A program made the translations under genes and the position numbers. The notes below the pieces were generated by a model that saw only the letters and a list, made by a program, of their open reading frames with translations, searched no databases and was not told where the DNA came from. 64,000 bases of DNA from Candidatus Acidiferrales bacterium (GTDB lineage: Bacteria > Acidobacteriota > Terriglobia > Acidiferrales > UBA7541), in NCBI GenBank assembly GCA_049523255.1, contig JBEKNB010000002.1, forward strand, positions 157,867 through 221,866, in the 5' to 3' direction. This document shows, piece by piece, positions 40,866-50,303 of this stretch. Position 1 is the stretch's first letter; every line of letters starts with the position of its first letter.

Positions 40866-43061
40866 CTACTGCGCTGTTGTGACCACCAGCGACGGACTTG
40901 ACGCGCTGTTCGTCAGAGTGATCGTGATTGCCTGATTCTGGCCGGGTAGAATGGTCACTGTGCCGGGAATCGTAGCTGTTACTCCCGAAGGAAGCTGCAC
41001 GGTGATCGTCGTGTTAATTGGCGGGGGCGGTGGAGGAGTAACCGAACCGCTCGCCGGGTCGAAGAAAATTCCGCTGACGACGGCGTTAGGCCCGGTGTTG
41101 GAAGTCACACTAAAAACAACATTGCCGGTGACATCCCAAACCAGATACTCCCCGCTCACGAAAGTCTTAATGGATTGAGTGTTGAGAACGTTGCCCGATG
41201 TGTCGCTAATCTGAATGGTTTCCGACCGGCCTTTGCTGTCCCAATCGACAACGTAGAGGGCAACCTGGTGGGTTGATGAATCTGTGAAATTCGTGTTAAA
41301 GCGGTACGTCGAAGCGCCATTCGTGTACCAGCACGCCGCAATGCCCCAAGCATCGCCCGGCACAACCAAGGCGCGAGAATCGCTCGTCGGGTAAGCCCAC
41401 TGCCATAGCGATGAATTCGAGCCCACCGTGTAGGAGATGTTGCTTGGCAGATTCGCGGGCAAGCCTTCAATGTCATATCCAGCCGTTCCGTACTTGCCCT
41501 GCCAGCGTCCTTGCGTCGCTGTGTCTGTTCCCACAAATTGCGCGACGGCGCTCGTGGCCACGCCCGCTGAGCCAGGCGGGATCAACAATCCGTAAGCGTT
41601 CAGCGTGGCCGGCGTCCCTGTGATGGAATTCGGGGCGGCGGTCACATAGACATCGCCGTTCGCAACGATCGGCTGGCGCCATTTGACGGAGAAACCCAAA
41701 CCGTCCCGCGAAGCGTTTTGATTGCTGTCCCACAGTTCATGTGCGAGGTTCGCTGCATCGAAGGCGTACAGGATCGCCGGGCCGCTTCCGAAATTGTTGG
41801 ACGTGGAAGAACCAAGCGCCCACACAATACCGGTGCCCGCGGTGTTTCCATTCGCGGAGATAGAAACAGCGGGCGCGAAGGAAGAGGCCGGCGTCAGAAC
41901 CGTTCCTTGGGATACAGGAGAGAGATTGAATGACGATCCGTTGAACGGGTAGGCCTCCAGATTGGTGCTCCACAAATACAGTTCTCCGTTCCAGAATGCG
42001 GGCGCACTGAAAATACTCCCGATGTTCATGGACTGAATTATTTGTGAGTTGCCCGGCGCTTCCTTGCCCAGCGGTGTATTCAGGACGTAGAGATTCCCGT
42101 CCTTTCCGCCGGCCACGACAATGTTCGTGCCCGGAATCATCAAGGGGCTCGAACTGCCAAGGTCTTCATCGTTGCCCTGCAAGAAACTGAAATTGTCGGG
42201 TGTGAACCAATCCAACAGAGACAGGCTGGGCGAAAGTTTTACGATGGAATCGCCGAAGTTGCTGACGCCATCGTACAACCCGTTGCCGGTGGAATACAAA
42301 AGATTGCCGCTCGAATCAATTACCGGCCCGCCGCCCGACATCCAGATCGCGCCATCCGTTGCCGTTGGCGTCGTGCAATAGATGGCCGTTTGTGAAAGCG
42401 TGGAGGCGGAATATGCCATCACCCATCCATGCCACACGGTCAGATCGGCGAACGATCCGAACGCGACGTAGACATTTCCATTTGCCAGCGCGAGCGCGGG
42501 CCGCTGTAAATGTTGAGTGGGAGCAAATGCGAGAGAGCCGACATTTCCAGTGATGAGTACGGGTCCGTTGAATTTTTCCGCCCCGCTCGAAATGTTGAGC
42601 GCGTGCAAATGATAGTTTCCGCCCGTTAGAGCAACCACATAGATCGTGCCGCTGCCGGGATCAATTACGGGGGTGGCAAGAATCCCGCTTGTGAATACGC
42701 CGCCAGACCAAGTGAAGCTGCCCGGCGTTCCGAGATTCACTTGCCACAGGGATGCGCCTGTGTTGGCATCGAAAGCATAGAGGGAATTGTTCATCGTGGC
42801 GACATATACGACGTTGTGCAGACCGCCGTTGATGGTAAGACCGGGAACATAAAGAGGCTGCGCGTAGGGCGTTGCGTCGAGGGGCCGAGAGAACAGTTTT
42901 CCAAATCCTGCTACATTCACATTGGATGTGTTCAGGATTGTTTCCTGTGTGTTTGCGGATGAACGGTTGTTATCGTAGGCTTCAGTCCTAACAACGAACT
43001 GAGCCTTGGCCGTGAGTGCAAAGGCCAAAACTAGAAATGCTGCGATCATTCCGCGATTCAT
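40866..43061 (-). CDS. exported PQQ-like/BamB-like beta-propeller repeat protein with C-terminal beta-sandwich domains
   Basis: 731 aa. A signal peptide is followed by propeller-blade repeats (VVYVATMNNSLYAFDANTGASLWQ, GTIYVVA.., GNVYVAF..). A poly-Pro linker (TPPPPPPIN) and an Ig-like tail follow. GC is lower than in neighbouring genes. Confidence 0.7.
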   Translation of the reverse strand: MNRGMIAAFLVLAFALTAKAQFVVRTEAYDNNRSSANTQETILNTSNVNVAGFGKLFSRPLDATPYAQPLYVPGLTINGGLHNVVYVATMNNSLYAFDANTGASLWQVNLGTPGSFTWSGGVFTSGILATPVIDPGSGTIYVVALTGGNYHLHALNISSGAEKFNGPVLITGNVGSLAFAPTQHLQRPALALANGNVYVAFGSFADLTVWHGWVMAYSASTLSQTAIYCTTPTATDGAIWMSGGGPVIDSSGNLLYSTGNGLYDGVSNFGDSIVKLSPSLSLLDWFTPDNFSFLQGNDEDLGSSSPLMIPGTNIVVAGGKDGNLYVLNTPLGKEAPGNSQIIQSMNIGSIFSAPAFWNGELYLWSTNLEAYPFNGSSFNLSPVSQGTVLTPASSFAPAVSISANGNTAGTGIVWALGSSTSNNFGSGPAILYAFDAANLAHELWDSNQNASRDGLGFSVKWRQPIVANGDVYVTAAPNSITGTPATLNAYGLLIPPGSAGVATSAVAQFVGTDTATQGRWQGKYGTAGYDIEGLPANLPSNISYTVGSNSSLWQWAYPTSDSRALVVPGDAWGIAACWYTNGASTYRFNTNFTDSSTHQVALYVVDWDSKGRSETIQISDTSGNVLNTQSIKTFVSGEYLVWDVTGNVVFSVTSNTGPNAVVSGIFFDPASGSVTPPPPPPINTTITVQLPSGVTATIPGTVTILPGQNQAITITLTNSASSPSLVVTTAQ

Positions 43062-43492
43062 TTTAGATTCTCCGGTAGTGGTTCAATGCCGCTTCTTGCA
43101 GGGTCATGCGGCTAACCTCCGTTTCGGCCAAACACACCGGAACTTGACGGAAATGTGCGGCGAGCGTTGCGCAATCACTAAACACTGTCCGTGTGCGGAT
43201 TTGCGATGAAGTAAGTTGTGGAATTTTGGGGAGCTTCGGGGTTTTCAGACCGAAGAACTTGCAATAGGAGAGGGTCGCATCGCGATTTTCAGAATCCGGC
43301 GCACAGACTTATCCGCCGATTCTGCGGCGGCTGCAGTGCAATTTGCTGAAAGGCCGATGGTTTCGGCCCCTCGCGCACGTGGGTGTGCGAGAAGGCGTCA
43401 GTGCCGGTACGGCCCAAATGCCTTTAGACCCTGACGCCTGGGGCACCTATCCCGGCGATTCAAATTGGAACGCTTCTGTCCCACCCTTGCGG

Positions 43493-44444
43493 TTACTCCC
43501 AACCGGTCTTTGAGTTATACGGCATCATGGTTCCCATGGCCTCGATCTCGTGGATCCTGCCGTCCTGAACCTTGAAAATGTGCGCGGCCGGAAGGTCGAA
43601 CGGTTTGAAGTTCATATCCACTGATTCAACACCGGGCACGCCCACAATCTTGACCGTTTTCTCGTCCATCGGTTGGCGGAACTGCGAGAGCCCGAATACC
43701 AGACCGGTTTCCGTGTCCGCGATTTCCACGCGCCGCGGCTCGATCTTCTTGATATAGCTCATCACTTTCGTATCCAGTTGAGTGGAGCAACCCATGGAAC
43801 CCATCGTTCCCCGGCCTGGGGTGGGCGGGGGAGGATTGCCGGTCGTCTGCATCCCATTCTCATGGCGGACGCAATCGTCGGCGAACGGCGCCTCCTTCCC
43901 TACGCCGTCCACAAGGGCGTCGTAGTACGAGAGCCCGATTTTCAGGCATCTCTGCTCGAGGGACTCGTTCCGACGGCGGAACCGTGGCTAGCAAGCCAGG
44001 CCGAGGTGTCTGTAGATTGGCGAGACTTCTCTCGCTGAGGTTGCGTGCGATCAAGTGCTCGGCTTCCGTAATCTGCCCATTCCGGATTTTCAGGCGCAGG
44101 CCCAGGAGTACGGGCTTATCGCTTTCCTGCATTACGCCCATGAACCCAACCTCTTCGGATGTCGTATCGGGCACATAAATCTTGAAAGTTGTGGGCACAG
44201 CGGATGCTGTCTTCCAAAGTCCTTCGCCCGGGCTCATGGGAACCGTGTTTTCGACGAACTTAACAGTCGGCGAAAAATGGACGCGCGAGGGATCGTGGGC
44301 GACAACAGCGGCTAGATATGTATCGACGGTGCCTTTCAAACAGGCGCGGTCGCATTGCGCCGGACTGGCTTGCAGTTGCTGGGCGACGGCCAGAACGCCA
44401 CTCGAGACGAGCAGGATCGCAATTGCTCTACGTAAGGTCTTCAT
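43493..44444 (-). pseudogene. exported hypothetical protein, interrupted by a single-base frameshift
   Basis: ORFs 44444->43860 and 43912->43493 overlap in different frames. Both look protein-like, and the downstream frame is open from 43987 across the junction. Removing one base near 43945-43946 gives one ORF of about 317 aa with a signal peptide. Confidence 0.6.
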
Positions 44445-44637
44445 GGTGTTCCCCCCTGTTGCTGTGCATTCACGCTGTGACTTCGAATAGCAAATGTCGC
44501 CGTATATATATCATCGGTTCCGTGCTGACCAGCAGGGCCCGCGTCTTGTTTTTCTCAAGCGGCGAATATTCTATGGAATTCATGTTCAGAATCGCGTCGA
44601 GGCCTGGCGGTCATCCTGGCCGCCAAAGTTAAAGTTA

Positions 44638-44666
44638 TTGACGCCGCAGCGGTCCCGCGCTACATA
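44638..44666 (+). promoter_or_regulatory. sigma-70-like promoter candidate for the 44.7-48.5 kb cluster
   Basis: TTGACG (44638-44643), a 17-nt spacer, then TACATA (44661-44666), about 60 nt upstream of ATG 44729. Confidence 0.3.
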
Positions 44667-44728
44667 GTGTTCGGCAAAAATGCTTTTTGGCACCGGGCCT
44701 GATATCCGGTGACCGTTGGGGTGGGGGC

Positions 44729-45754
44729 ATGTTCCTCAAAAAAAGGTTACTCGGTGCGGCTGCGCTGGCGATGGCTGCCGCCCTGCTTTCCTCTGCGCTT
44801 TCCGCGCAAGAAGAGGCAAAACGTCCGCCGCCGTTGCAAGGCTTCCCGATCGGGCCTTCCGGGCGCGTCACAAGCTTCACGGCCAATCCCAGCACGATCC
44901 AGCCGGGGCAGTCCACAACTCTCACCTGGGCAGCGGTGAACTCGGACGATACTTCCATCGACCAGTGCGTCGGTGTCGTCCCGACGAGGGGAAGTCGGCA
45001 GATCTCCCCGACAGCGACGACCACTTACACTTTCACTGCCGCCGGGCGCGGTGGCACGGACAAGAAATCAGTCACGGTCACGGTAACTGGTACGACTCCG
45101 ATTTCGCCTGCCGAGGGCAATCAAGGCTGCGTGGCGGAGAAAGATCTGCCCATACCGCAGATGGACGGCCACCCGGATCTTTCGGGCGTCTATATTGGAG
45201 GCTTCGGCATCACCAACCGGGCGAATCCCACGGTGAAGCCCGGCGCCGAAAGCTTCAGGATCGTTCCCAAAGAAGACGACCTCGGCCAGGGCGTCCTGTG
45301 CGTCCCGCCGGGAGTTCCGGCCGCCACGATGCAGCCCTACCCGTTGCAGATCGTGCAGAAGCCCGGCCTCGTCGTGATTCTCTACGAGGCCTACCATCTT
45401 TTTCGCGTGATTCACACCGACGGGCGCCCTCATCCCTCCGATCTCGATCCTACGTGGATGGGAAACTCCGTCGGACGCTGGGAGGGTGACACTCTGGTCA
45501 TCGATGTGACCGGCTTCAACGACAAGACCGAGATCGCCGGTTTCCACCACACGACCGCGTATCACGTCGTCGAGCGCTACCGCCGCACTTCGTACGACAC
45601 GCTCAGCTACGAAGCCACCATCGACGACCCCAACGTCTGGACGGCGCCCTGGAAGTACGGCGGCTCGCTGAAACTCCATCCGGAGTGGGAAATTCAGGAA
45701 TATGTTTGCGAGGAGAACAACCAGAACTATCAGGATCTATTGAACAAGAAATAG
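44729..45754 (+). CDS. exported protein: Ig-like module plus uncharacterised C-terminal domain
   Basis: 341 aa from ATG 44729, with signal peptide MFLKKRLLGAAALAMAAALLSSALSA. An Ig/PKD-like stretch follows (FTANPSTIQPGQSTTLTWAAV...TTTYTFTAAG...VTVTV). A domain of about 200 aa (GRWEGDTLVIDVTGFNDKT...) has no function known to me. Confidence 0.7.
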   Translation: MFLKKRLLGAAALAMAAALLSSALSAQEEAKRPPPLQGFPIGPSGRVTSFTANPSTIQPGQSTTLTWAAVNSDDTSIDQCVGVVPTRGSRQISPTATTTYTFTAAGRGGTDKKSVTVTVTGTTPISPAEGNQGCVAEKDLPIPQMDGHPDLSGVYIGGFGITNRANPTVKPGAESFRIVPKEDDLGQGVLCVPPGVPAATMQPYPLQIVQKPGLVVILYEAYHLFRVIHTDGRPHPSDLDPTWMGNSVGRWEGDTLVIDVTGFNDKTEIAGFHHTTAYHVVERYRRTSYDTLSYEATIDDPNVWTAPWKYGGSLKLHPEWEIQEYVCEENNQNYQDLLNKK

Positions 45755-45823
45755 CCTGAACTGGTTACACTAAACGCACGGGCCCGTGCGCGGGCTTCGG
45801 GGGAATGTCGGGGGGGAGTATTC

Positions 45824-46192
45824 ATGAAAACGAAGTCGGCCATTTTGATTGCATGTATTTCGCTGCTGTGCGCTGTGCCCGTGTTCGCGCACCACTCGGT
45901 GTCCATGTACGATATGGCGCATCCGACCACGGTCACGGGTGTGGTCACGAAGCTCGATTGGACGAATCCGCACGGCTACATTTATGTCGACGTGAAGAAC
46001 GACAAAGGCGAGACCGAGCATTGGGCTATCGAAATCGATAGCCCGAATTTCCTCAAGCACAACGGCTGGACCAGCACCACTGTGAAGCCCGGCGACACCA
46101 TCACTTGCACCGGCGGCCGCGCCAAAAGCGGCGCCCTGACCATGCGCTGCACGATCGTCAAGCTCTCCGACGGCGAAGAGCTTAGGTCGTAG
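45824..46192 (+). CDS. small exported protein with predicted His-His mature N-terminus (resembles the family listed as DUF6152, from memory)
   Basis: 122 aa. Signal peptide MKTKSAILIACISLLCAVPVFA, then HHSVSMYD, with a WTNPH motif. The rest is beta-rich. Confidence 0.7.
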   Translation: MKTKSAILIACISLLCAVPVFAHHSVSMYDMAHPTTVTGVVTKLDWTNPHGYIYVDVKNDKGETEHWAIEIDSPNFLKHNGWTSTTVKPGDTITCTGGRAKSGALTMRCTIVKLSDGEELRS

Positions 46193-46198
46193 AATCGT

Positions 46199-46690
46199 AT
46201 GTCTCTCTACCATTTTTGTCAGTGGCTAGAAGGCACGGCCATTGGGTCCTCCATTCGTGACTCGAGCTGGCTGTTTCCGGCGATCGAGTCCGTTCACGTG
46301 ATGGGCATCATCATACTGGTCGGCTCGACGGGGCTATTCGACCTGCGTCTGCTCGGCCGCGGTTTTCTGCGGCAGCAGCCTGCGTCTCAGGTCGCGCAAC
46401 AAGTCATGCCGTGGGTTTGGGGGAGTTTCGCTGTAATGTTCGTCACCGGAGTGCTGATGTTTTCCTCCGAGGCCACGAGGTGTTACCAGAGCTGGTTTTT
46501 TCGAATCAAGCTCGGACTACTGCTGCTCACAGGGCTGAACGCATTCATATTTCAGTTCGGAACCTATCGCCAGATTGCCAATTGGGATGAGGCTTCGGTT
46601 GCGCCGGCGGCCGCCCGAGTCACAGCCTGGGTCTCTTTGCTGCTCTGGATTTTTATCGTATTTGCCGGGCGGGGAATCGCGTACTATTAG
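46199..46690 (+). CDS. 4-TM membrane protein, paralogue 1 of 3 (DUF6644-like, from memory)
   Basis: 163 aa, starting 6 nt after the previous stop. Shared motifs are FCQWL, ESVH, DLRLLG and KLG. Confidence 0.7.
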   Translation: MSLYHFCQWLEGTAIGSSIRDSSWLFPAIESVHVMGIIILVGSTGLFDLRLLGRGFLRQQPASQVAQQVMPWVWGSFAVMFVTGVLMFSSEATRCYQSWFFRIKLGLLLLTGLNAFIFQFGTYRQIANWDEASVAPAAARVTAWVSLLLWIFIVFAGRGIAYY

Positions 46691-46713
46691 CCGGCGTCGG
46701 GGGGGCGCCCGAT

Positions 46714-47193
46714 ATGCGCTTTTGCCATTGGCTCCAACACACATCGTTCATCACGTGGGTCAGCAATTCCGTCATCATCTCCACGGCCGTCGAGATGACG
46801 CACTACTTCAGCCTGTTCCTGCTGGTCGGATCGATCGTGATCGTCGATCTGCGCATTCTCGGCCTGGCCGCGCGGCGTCGCAACGCCACGGACCTCGCCG
46901 ACGAGCTGTTTCCTTTGATGTGGACCGGTCTGGTTCTGAATTTCCTGTCGGGATTCTTGCTCTTTGCCGGTGACGCGGCGACTTTCTACGTCAACTGGGT
47001 CTTTCACATCAAGCTGGGCGTGATCCTGCTGGCCGTGATTTTCGGTCTCATCGTTCAGTGGAACGTGCGCCGGTGGGATCGGTCGCCGTCCATGCCGGCC
47101 GCAGCCAGGCTGCTGGCTCTTGTTTCGCTGGTGCTGTGGATCGGATCCATTCTGGCGGCGGTCGAAGTTCCCGCTCTTACAAGCGTGGGATAG
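46714..47193 (+). CDS. 4-TM membrane protein, paralogue 2 of 3
   Basis: 159 aa with motifs FCHWL, EMTH, DLRILG and KLG. It is colinear with paralogues 1 and 3. Confidence 0.7.
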   Translation: MRFCHWLQHTSFITWVSNSVIISTAVEMTHYFSLFLLVGSIVIVDLRILGLAARRRNATDLADELFPLMWTGLVLNFLSGFLLFAGDAATFYVNWVFHIKLGVILLAVIFGLIVQWNVRRWDRSPSMPAAARLLALVSLVLWIGSILAAVEVPALTSVG

Positions 47194-47221
47194 CTCCGGG
47201 CGGGAAGGAAGGGCGAGCCGA

Positions 47222-47719
47222 ATGTATCACCTTTTATATTCCTTCTGTGAATGGCTGGAAAATACGCAGTGGGCCTTGAACATCTCCGGCTCAACGTGGG
47301 CCTATCCCTACGTTCAGATGATTCATTTTACGGGTTTGTCCTTGTGGGTCGGCACGAACCTCGCTCTGGATCTAAGCCTGCTCGGTGTTGGCCGCAGGCG
47401 TCAAACGCCGGCCGAACTCTCCGACACACTTTTTGTGTGGAACTGGATTGGGCTCGCCATCGCCGTTACCGGCGGATTCATGCTTTTCGCGACGGCGGCC
47501 ACATCGTTCATCATCAACCCGGCTTTCCGCCTCAAGCTTGGAATCCTGATTCCGGTGGCGCTTATTTTGCACATCGTGGTGCAATGGATTGCGCGCACAT
47601 GGTGCCAGACGATGGAGGCGCCTGCCTTCGCCAAGGTCCTGGGTTTGCTCGAGATGCTATTGTGGATCGGTGTCGCGACGGCAGCCGTATCGATCCCCTT
47701 CTTCGAGCATGTCGGGTGA
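47222..47719 (+). CDS. 4-TM membrane protein, paralogue 3 of 3
   Basis: 165 aa from ATG 47222, with a GGAAGGAAGG RBS region. Motifs are FCEWL, QMIH, DLSLLG and KLG. Confidence 0.7.
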   Translation: MYHLLYSFCEWLENTQWALNISGSTWAYPYVQMIHFTGLSLWVGTNLALDLSLLGVGRRRQTPAELSDTLFVWNWIGLAIAVTGGFMLFATAATSFIINPAFRLKLGILIPVALILHIVVQWIARTWCQTMEAPAFAKVLGLLEMLLWIGVATAAVSIPFFEHVG

Positions 47720-48501
47720 AAATTGAAGGTCTCGTTTTGCATTGTACTGCCGGCCTGATTGCTGCTCTGGTTCTCACCGGTTGCTCTAAAAAAGAGCCGA
47801 ACGAAAGCGAACAGTCCGCTCCGACGGCCACCGTCGATCCCACCACCGTCGCAACCGTCTCCGGCACGGTCGTTCTCGAAGGCCCGCCGCCCACGCTTCG
47901 TCCGATCATCATGACCGCCGGGCCGGAATGCGCCAAGTTGCATTCTTCTCCACTCACTTATCCCGAGGTCGTCGTGGGCGGCGGCGGCGTGCTCGCCAAT
48001 GTTCTCGTCTACGTAAAATCCGGCCTCGGCAATTACCGCTTCGACCTTCCCGCGACTCCCGCCACGCTCGACCAGACGGGGTGCATGTACGAACCCCACG
48101 TCCTCGGCCTGATGGCGCGCCAGACGATCGAAATCAGGAATACGGACCCCGTCGTTCACAACGTTCATCCCGTGCCGCACCAGAATCGCGCCTGGAACAG
48201 ATCGCAGCCGGTCGGCTCCTCTCCGATTGAGGCCTCCTTCGACAACCCTGATTTTGCAATGCCGGTCCTCTGCAATCTTCATCCCTGGATGCGCGCCTAC
48301 TTGTTTGTCTTTTCCCATCCCTATTTCGCCGTCACCTCGACGGCGGGAACGTTCGAACTGAAGAATCTTCCGCCCGGTACCTACACAATCGAAGCCTGGC
48401 AGGAGAAATACGGCACTCAGCAGCAGGTCGTCACGCTGGGACCGCACGAATCGAAGTCCGTCTCTTTCGCCTTCCATTCGGTTGGGGCTTCCGCCAACTA
48501 G
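47716..48501 (+). CDS. lipoprotein with cupredoxin-like metal motif and CarboxypepD_reg-like C-terminal domain
   Basis: The GTG start overlaps the upstream stop (GTGA). Lipobox LVLTGC. HNVH is at 48157-48168 and CNLHPWM at 48271-48291, a His/Cys/His/Met spacing like type-1 copper sites. This is followed by PYFAVTSTAGTFELKNLPPGTYTIEAW. Confidence 0.65.
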   Translation: MKIEGLVLHCTAGLIAALVLTGCSKKEPNESEQSAPTATVDPTTVATVSGTVVLEGPPPTLRPIIMTAGPECAKLHSSPLTYPEVVVGGGGVLANVLVYVKSGLGNYRFDLPATPATLDQTGCMYEPHVLGLMARQTIEIRNTDPVVHNVHPVPHQNRAWNRSQPVGSSPIEASFDNPDFAMPVLCNLHPWMRAYLFVFSHPYFAVTSTAGTFELKNLPPGTYTIEAWQEKYGTQQQVVTLGPHESKSVSFAFHSVGASAN

Positions 48502-48679
48502 CGGTGGAAGCACCAGGTCGCGGCTGATTCCATGGCCTTTGCAGGCTGGGGGAACACTTACGAATTCCTTATAGCTTGCTTACATCTCGTTTACCGCCTG
48601 CGCGCTAACGTACCGTTGCCGCGCGCGCAACCGTTGGCGCCTGTCGCGCCCTGCGGCACGCGCCTGCGAATCGGCTCTG

Positions 48680-49645
48680 ATGATCAGTTCCCCCCATCCC
48701 GGCGACCGGATCGGTCCTTACCGGATCGACACTCTCCTCAAGGACGGCGGCATGGCTTCCGTCTTCAAGGCGACGGATGTCCGTACGGGCCGGCCGGTCG
48801 CGATAAAAGTTCCCCATCCACACATGGAAGCGGACGTCCTCTTCTTCGATCGCTTTCACCGCGAGGCCGAGATCGGCAGAAAACTCGATCATCCCGGCGT
48901 TGTGAAGGTATTGCCCGACGAGGACTCGGGCCGGGTTTGCATGATCATGGAATGGGTCGAAGGGCGGCCTTTACGCGAAATCCTCGATGAGGAAAAGAAA
49001 CTCTCCCCCGAGAGGGCCGGGCGCATTGCGCTCCACATCTGCGATGCGCTCGGCTACATTCACAGTCAGGGGGTCGTCCACCGCGATCTCAAGCCGGACA
49101 ACATCATGGTTGACGCCCAGGACGGGATCAAGCTGATCGATTTCGGCATCGCGGGCGACGCGGCCATGCGCCGGCTGACCTTTGCCAGGTTCACCAAGGC
49201 GATGGGAACTCCGGATTACGTCTCCCCCGAGCAGGTGAAGGGGAAGCGCGGCGACGCTCGGAGCGATATCTATTCCCTGGGCGTGATGCTATACGAGATG
49301 GTCACCGGCCAAGTGCCGTTTGGCGGACCCAACGCTCTCACTTCTCTGAATCAGCGCCTGCTTGTGCCGCCACCGCCGCCGCGCGAAATCGACCCGGAGA
49401 TATCGCTTCAGTTGCAGGAGATCATTTATCGTGCCATGGAGCGCGAGCCGGTTCACCGTTACGCGAGCGCGCACGAATTGGCATTCGATCTCGAGCATCC
49501 CAATCAGGTTGGAATCGAGGAGCGCCCGCGAAATGGCACGCATTCGGGCGCGCCGACGCGCTCGTCGAGCTGGTCCTACGTCGCGTTGGCGTTGATCCCC
49601 ATCGTCATCTTCGCATTGCTTCTGTTCTTTGCCCACCAGCGGTAA
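48680..49645 (+). CDS. Ser/Thr protein kinase with C-terminal TM anchor
   Basis: Hanks motifs are present: VAIK, HRDLKPDN, DFGIA, GTPDYVSPE. There is a C-terminal hydrophobic helix (WSYVALALIPIVIFALLLFF). Confidence 0.9.
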   Translation: MISSPHPGDRIGPYRIDTLLKDGGMASVFKATDVRTGRPVAIKVPHPHMEADVLFFDRFHREAEIGRKLDHPGVVKVLPDEDSGRVCMIMEWVEGRPLREILDEEKKLSPERAGRIALHICDALGYIHSQGVVHRDLKPDNIMVDAQDGIKLIDFGIAGDAAMRRLTFARFTKAMGTPDYVSPEQVKGKRGDARSDIYSLGVMLYEMVTGQVPFGGPNALTSLNQRLLVPPPPPREIDPEISLQLQEIIYRAMEREPVHRYASAHELAFDLEHPNQVGIEERPRNGTHSGAPTRSSSWSYVALALIPIVIFALLLFFAHQR

Positions 49646-49685
49646 TTGCTCTGCTCAAGTAGCAACTTCGATGAGTCTGCGAAGA

Positions 49686-50303
49686 CTACGGCGTTTGGCT
49701 TACTTCGCGGGCCCGTACGATAAATCGATCGGGCGCGGACCCGACGTAGTCGAACGGGAAACAAGTAATCAGCGTCAACTCGTGTTCCCTTGAGGTTTCG
49801 AGAACGCTGAGGTCGCTGGGTGGAACGATTTCGGTCCACTCCACCTGGTACTGAAGAGCTCGGCCCGGAGTCTCGAATGTGACCATATCGCCCGGACGAA
49901 TGAGTCGCAGGGAGCGAAAGAACGTATCGCGGTGTCCGGCGAGAACGACGTTCCCGTCGTCGCCCGGCAAGGTCGTGTCGGGTACGTGACCGACTGCGTG
50001 CCGTAGCACTTGGGCGGAGTCTCCTTGCGCCACGATTGCTCGGAGCCCGAGCCGGGGTATCTGGAGCCGTCCGATAACGTTTCCTTCTGCCGGAGCGGTG
50101 GATGGGCTCGTCGCTGTCGGCTCCAGAACCGTAGTCTCGAAGTTGCGATCATGGACCGCTTGATAGCTTCGAGCCTCTTCGACCACGTAGCCTGAGTAGC
50201 CCAGTGCAACGATCCCGATCAGTACAAGCAGGCCCGAGATGATGCGAAGCACCGCCGTGCGCGCTGCGTGCCGCGGTTTCGTCAAGTGACTGACGGGAAT
50301 CAT
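49686..50303 (-). CDS. sortase-family transpeptidase
   Basis: 205 aa with an N-terminal TM anchor. Catalytic His is in LAGHRDT, Cys in TLITC and Arg in RFIVRA. Confidence 0.85.
   Translation of the reverse strand: MIPVSHLTKPRHAARTAVLRIISGLLVLIGIVALGYSGYVVEEARSYQAVHDRNFETTVLEPTATSPSTAPAEGNVIGRLQIPRLGLRAIVAQGDSAQVLRHAVGHVPDTTLPGDDGNVVLAGHRDTFFRSLRLIRPGDMVTFETPGRALQYQVEWTEIVPPSDLSVLETSREHELTLITCFPFDYVGSAPDRFIVRAREVSQTP

Noticed and set aside
43900-43990. Programmed ribosomal frameshift at the junction of the split gene
   Set aside because: There is no slippery heptamer, no stop codon or rare codon at the junction, and no obvious downstream stimulatory structure. The zero frame continues for about 30 nonsense-looking codons.
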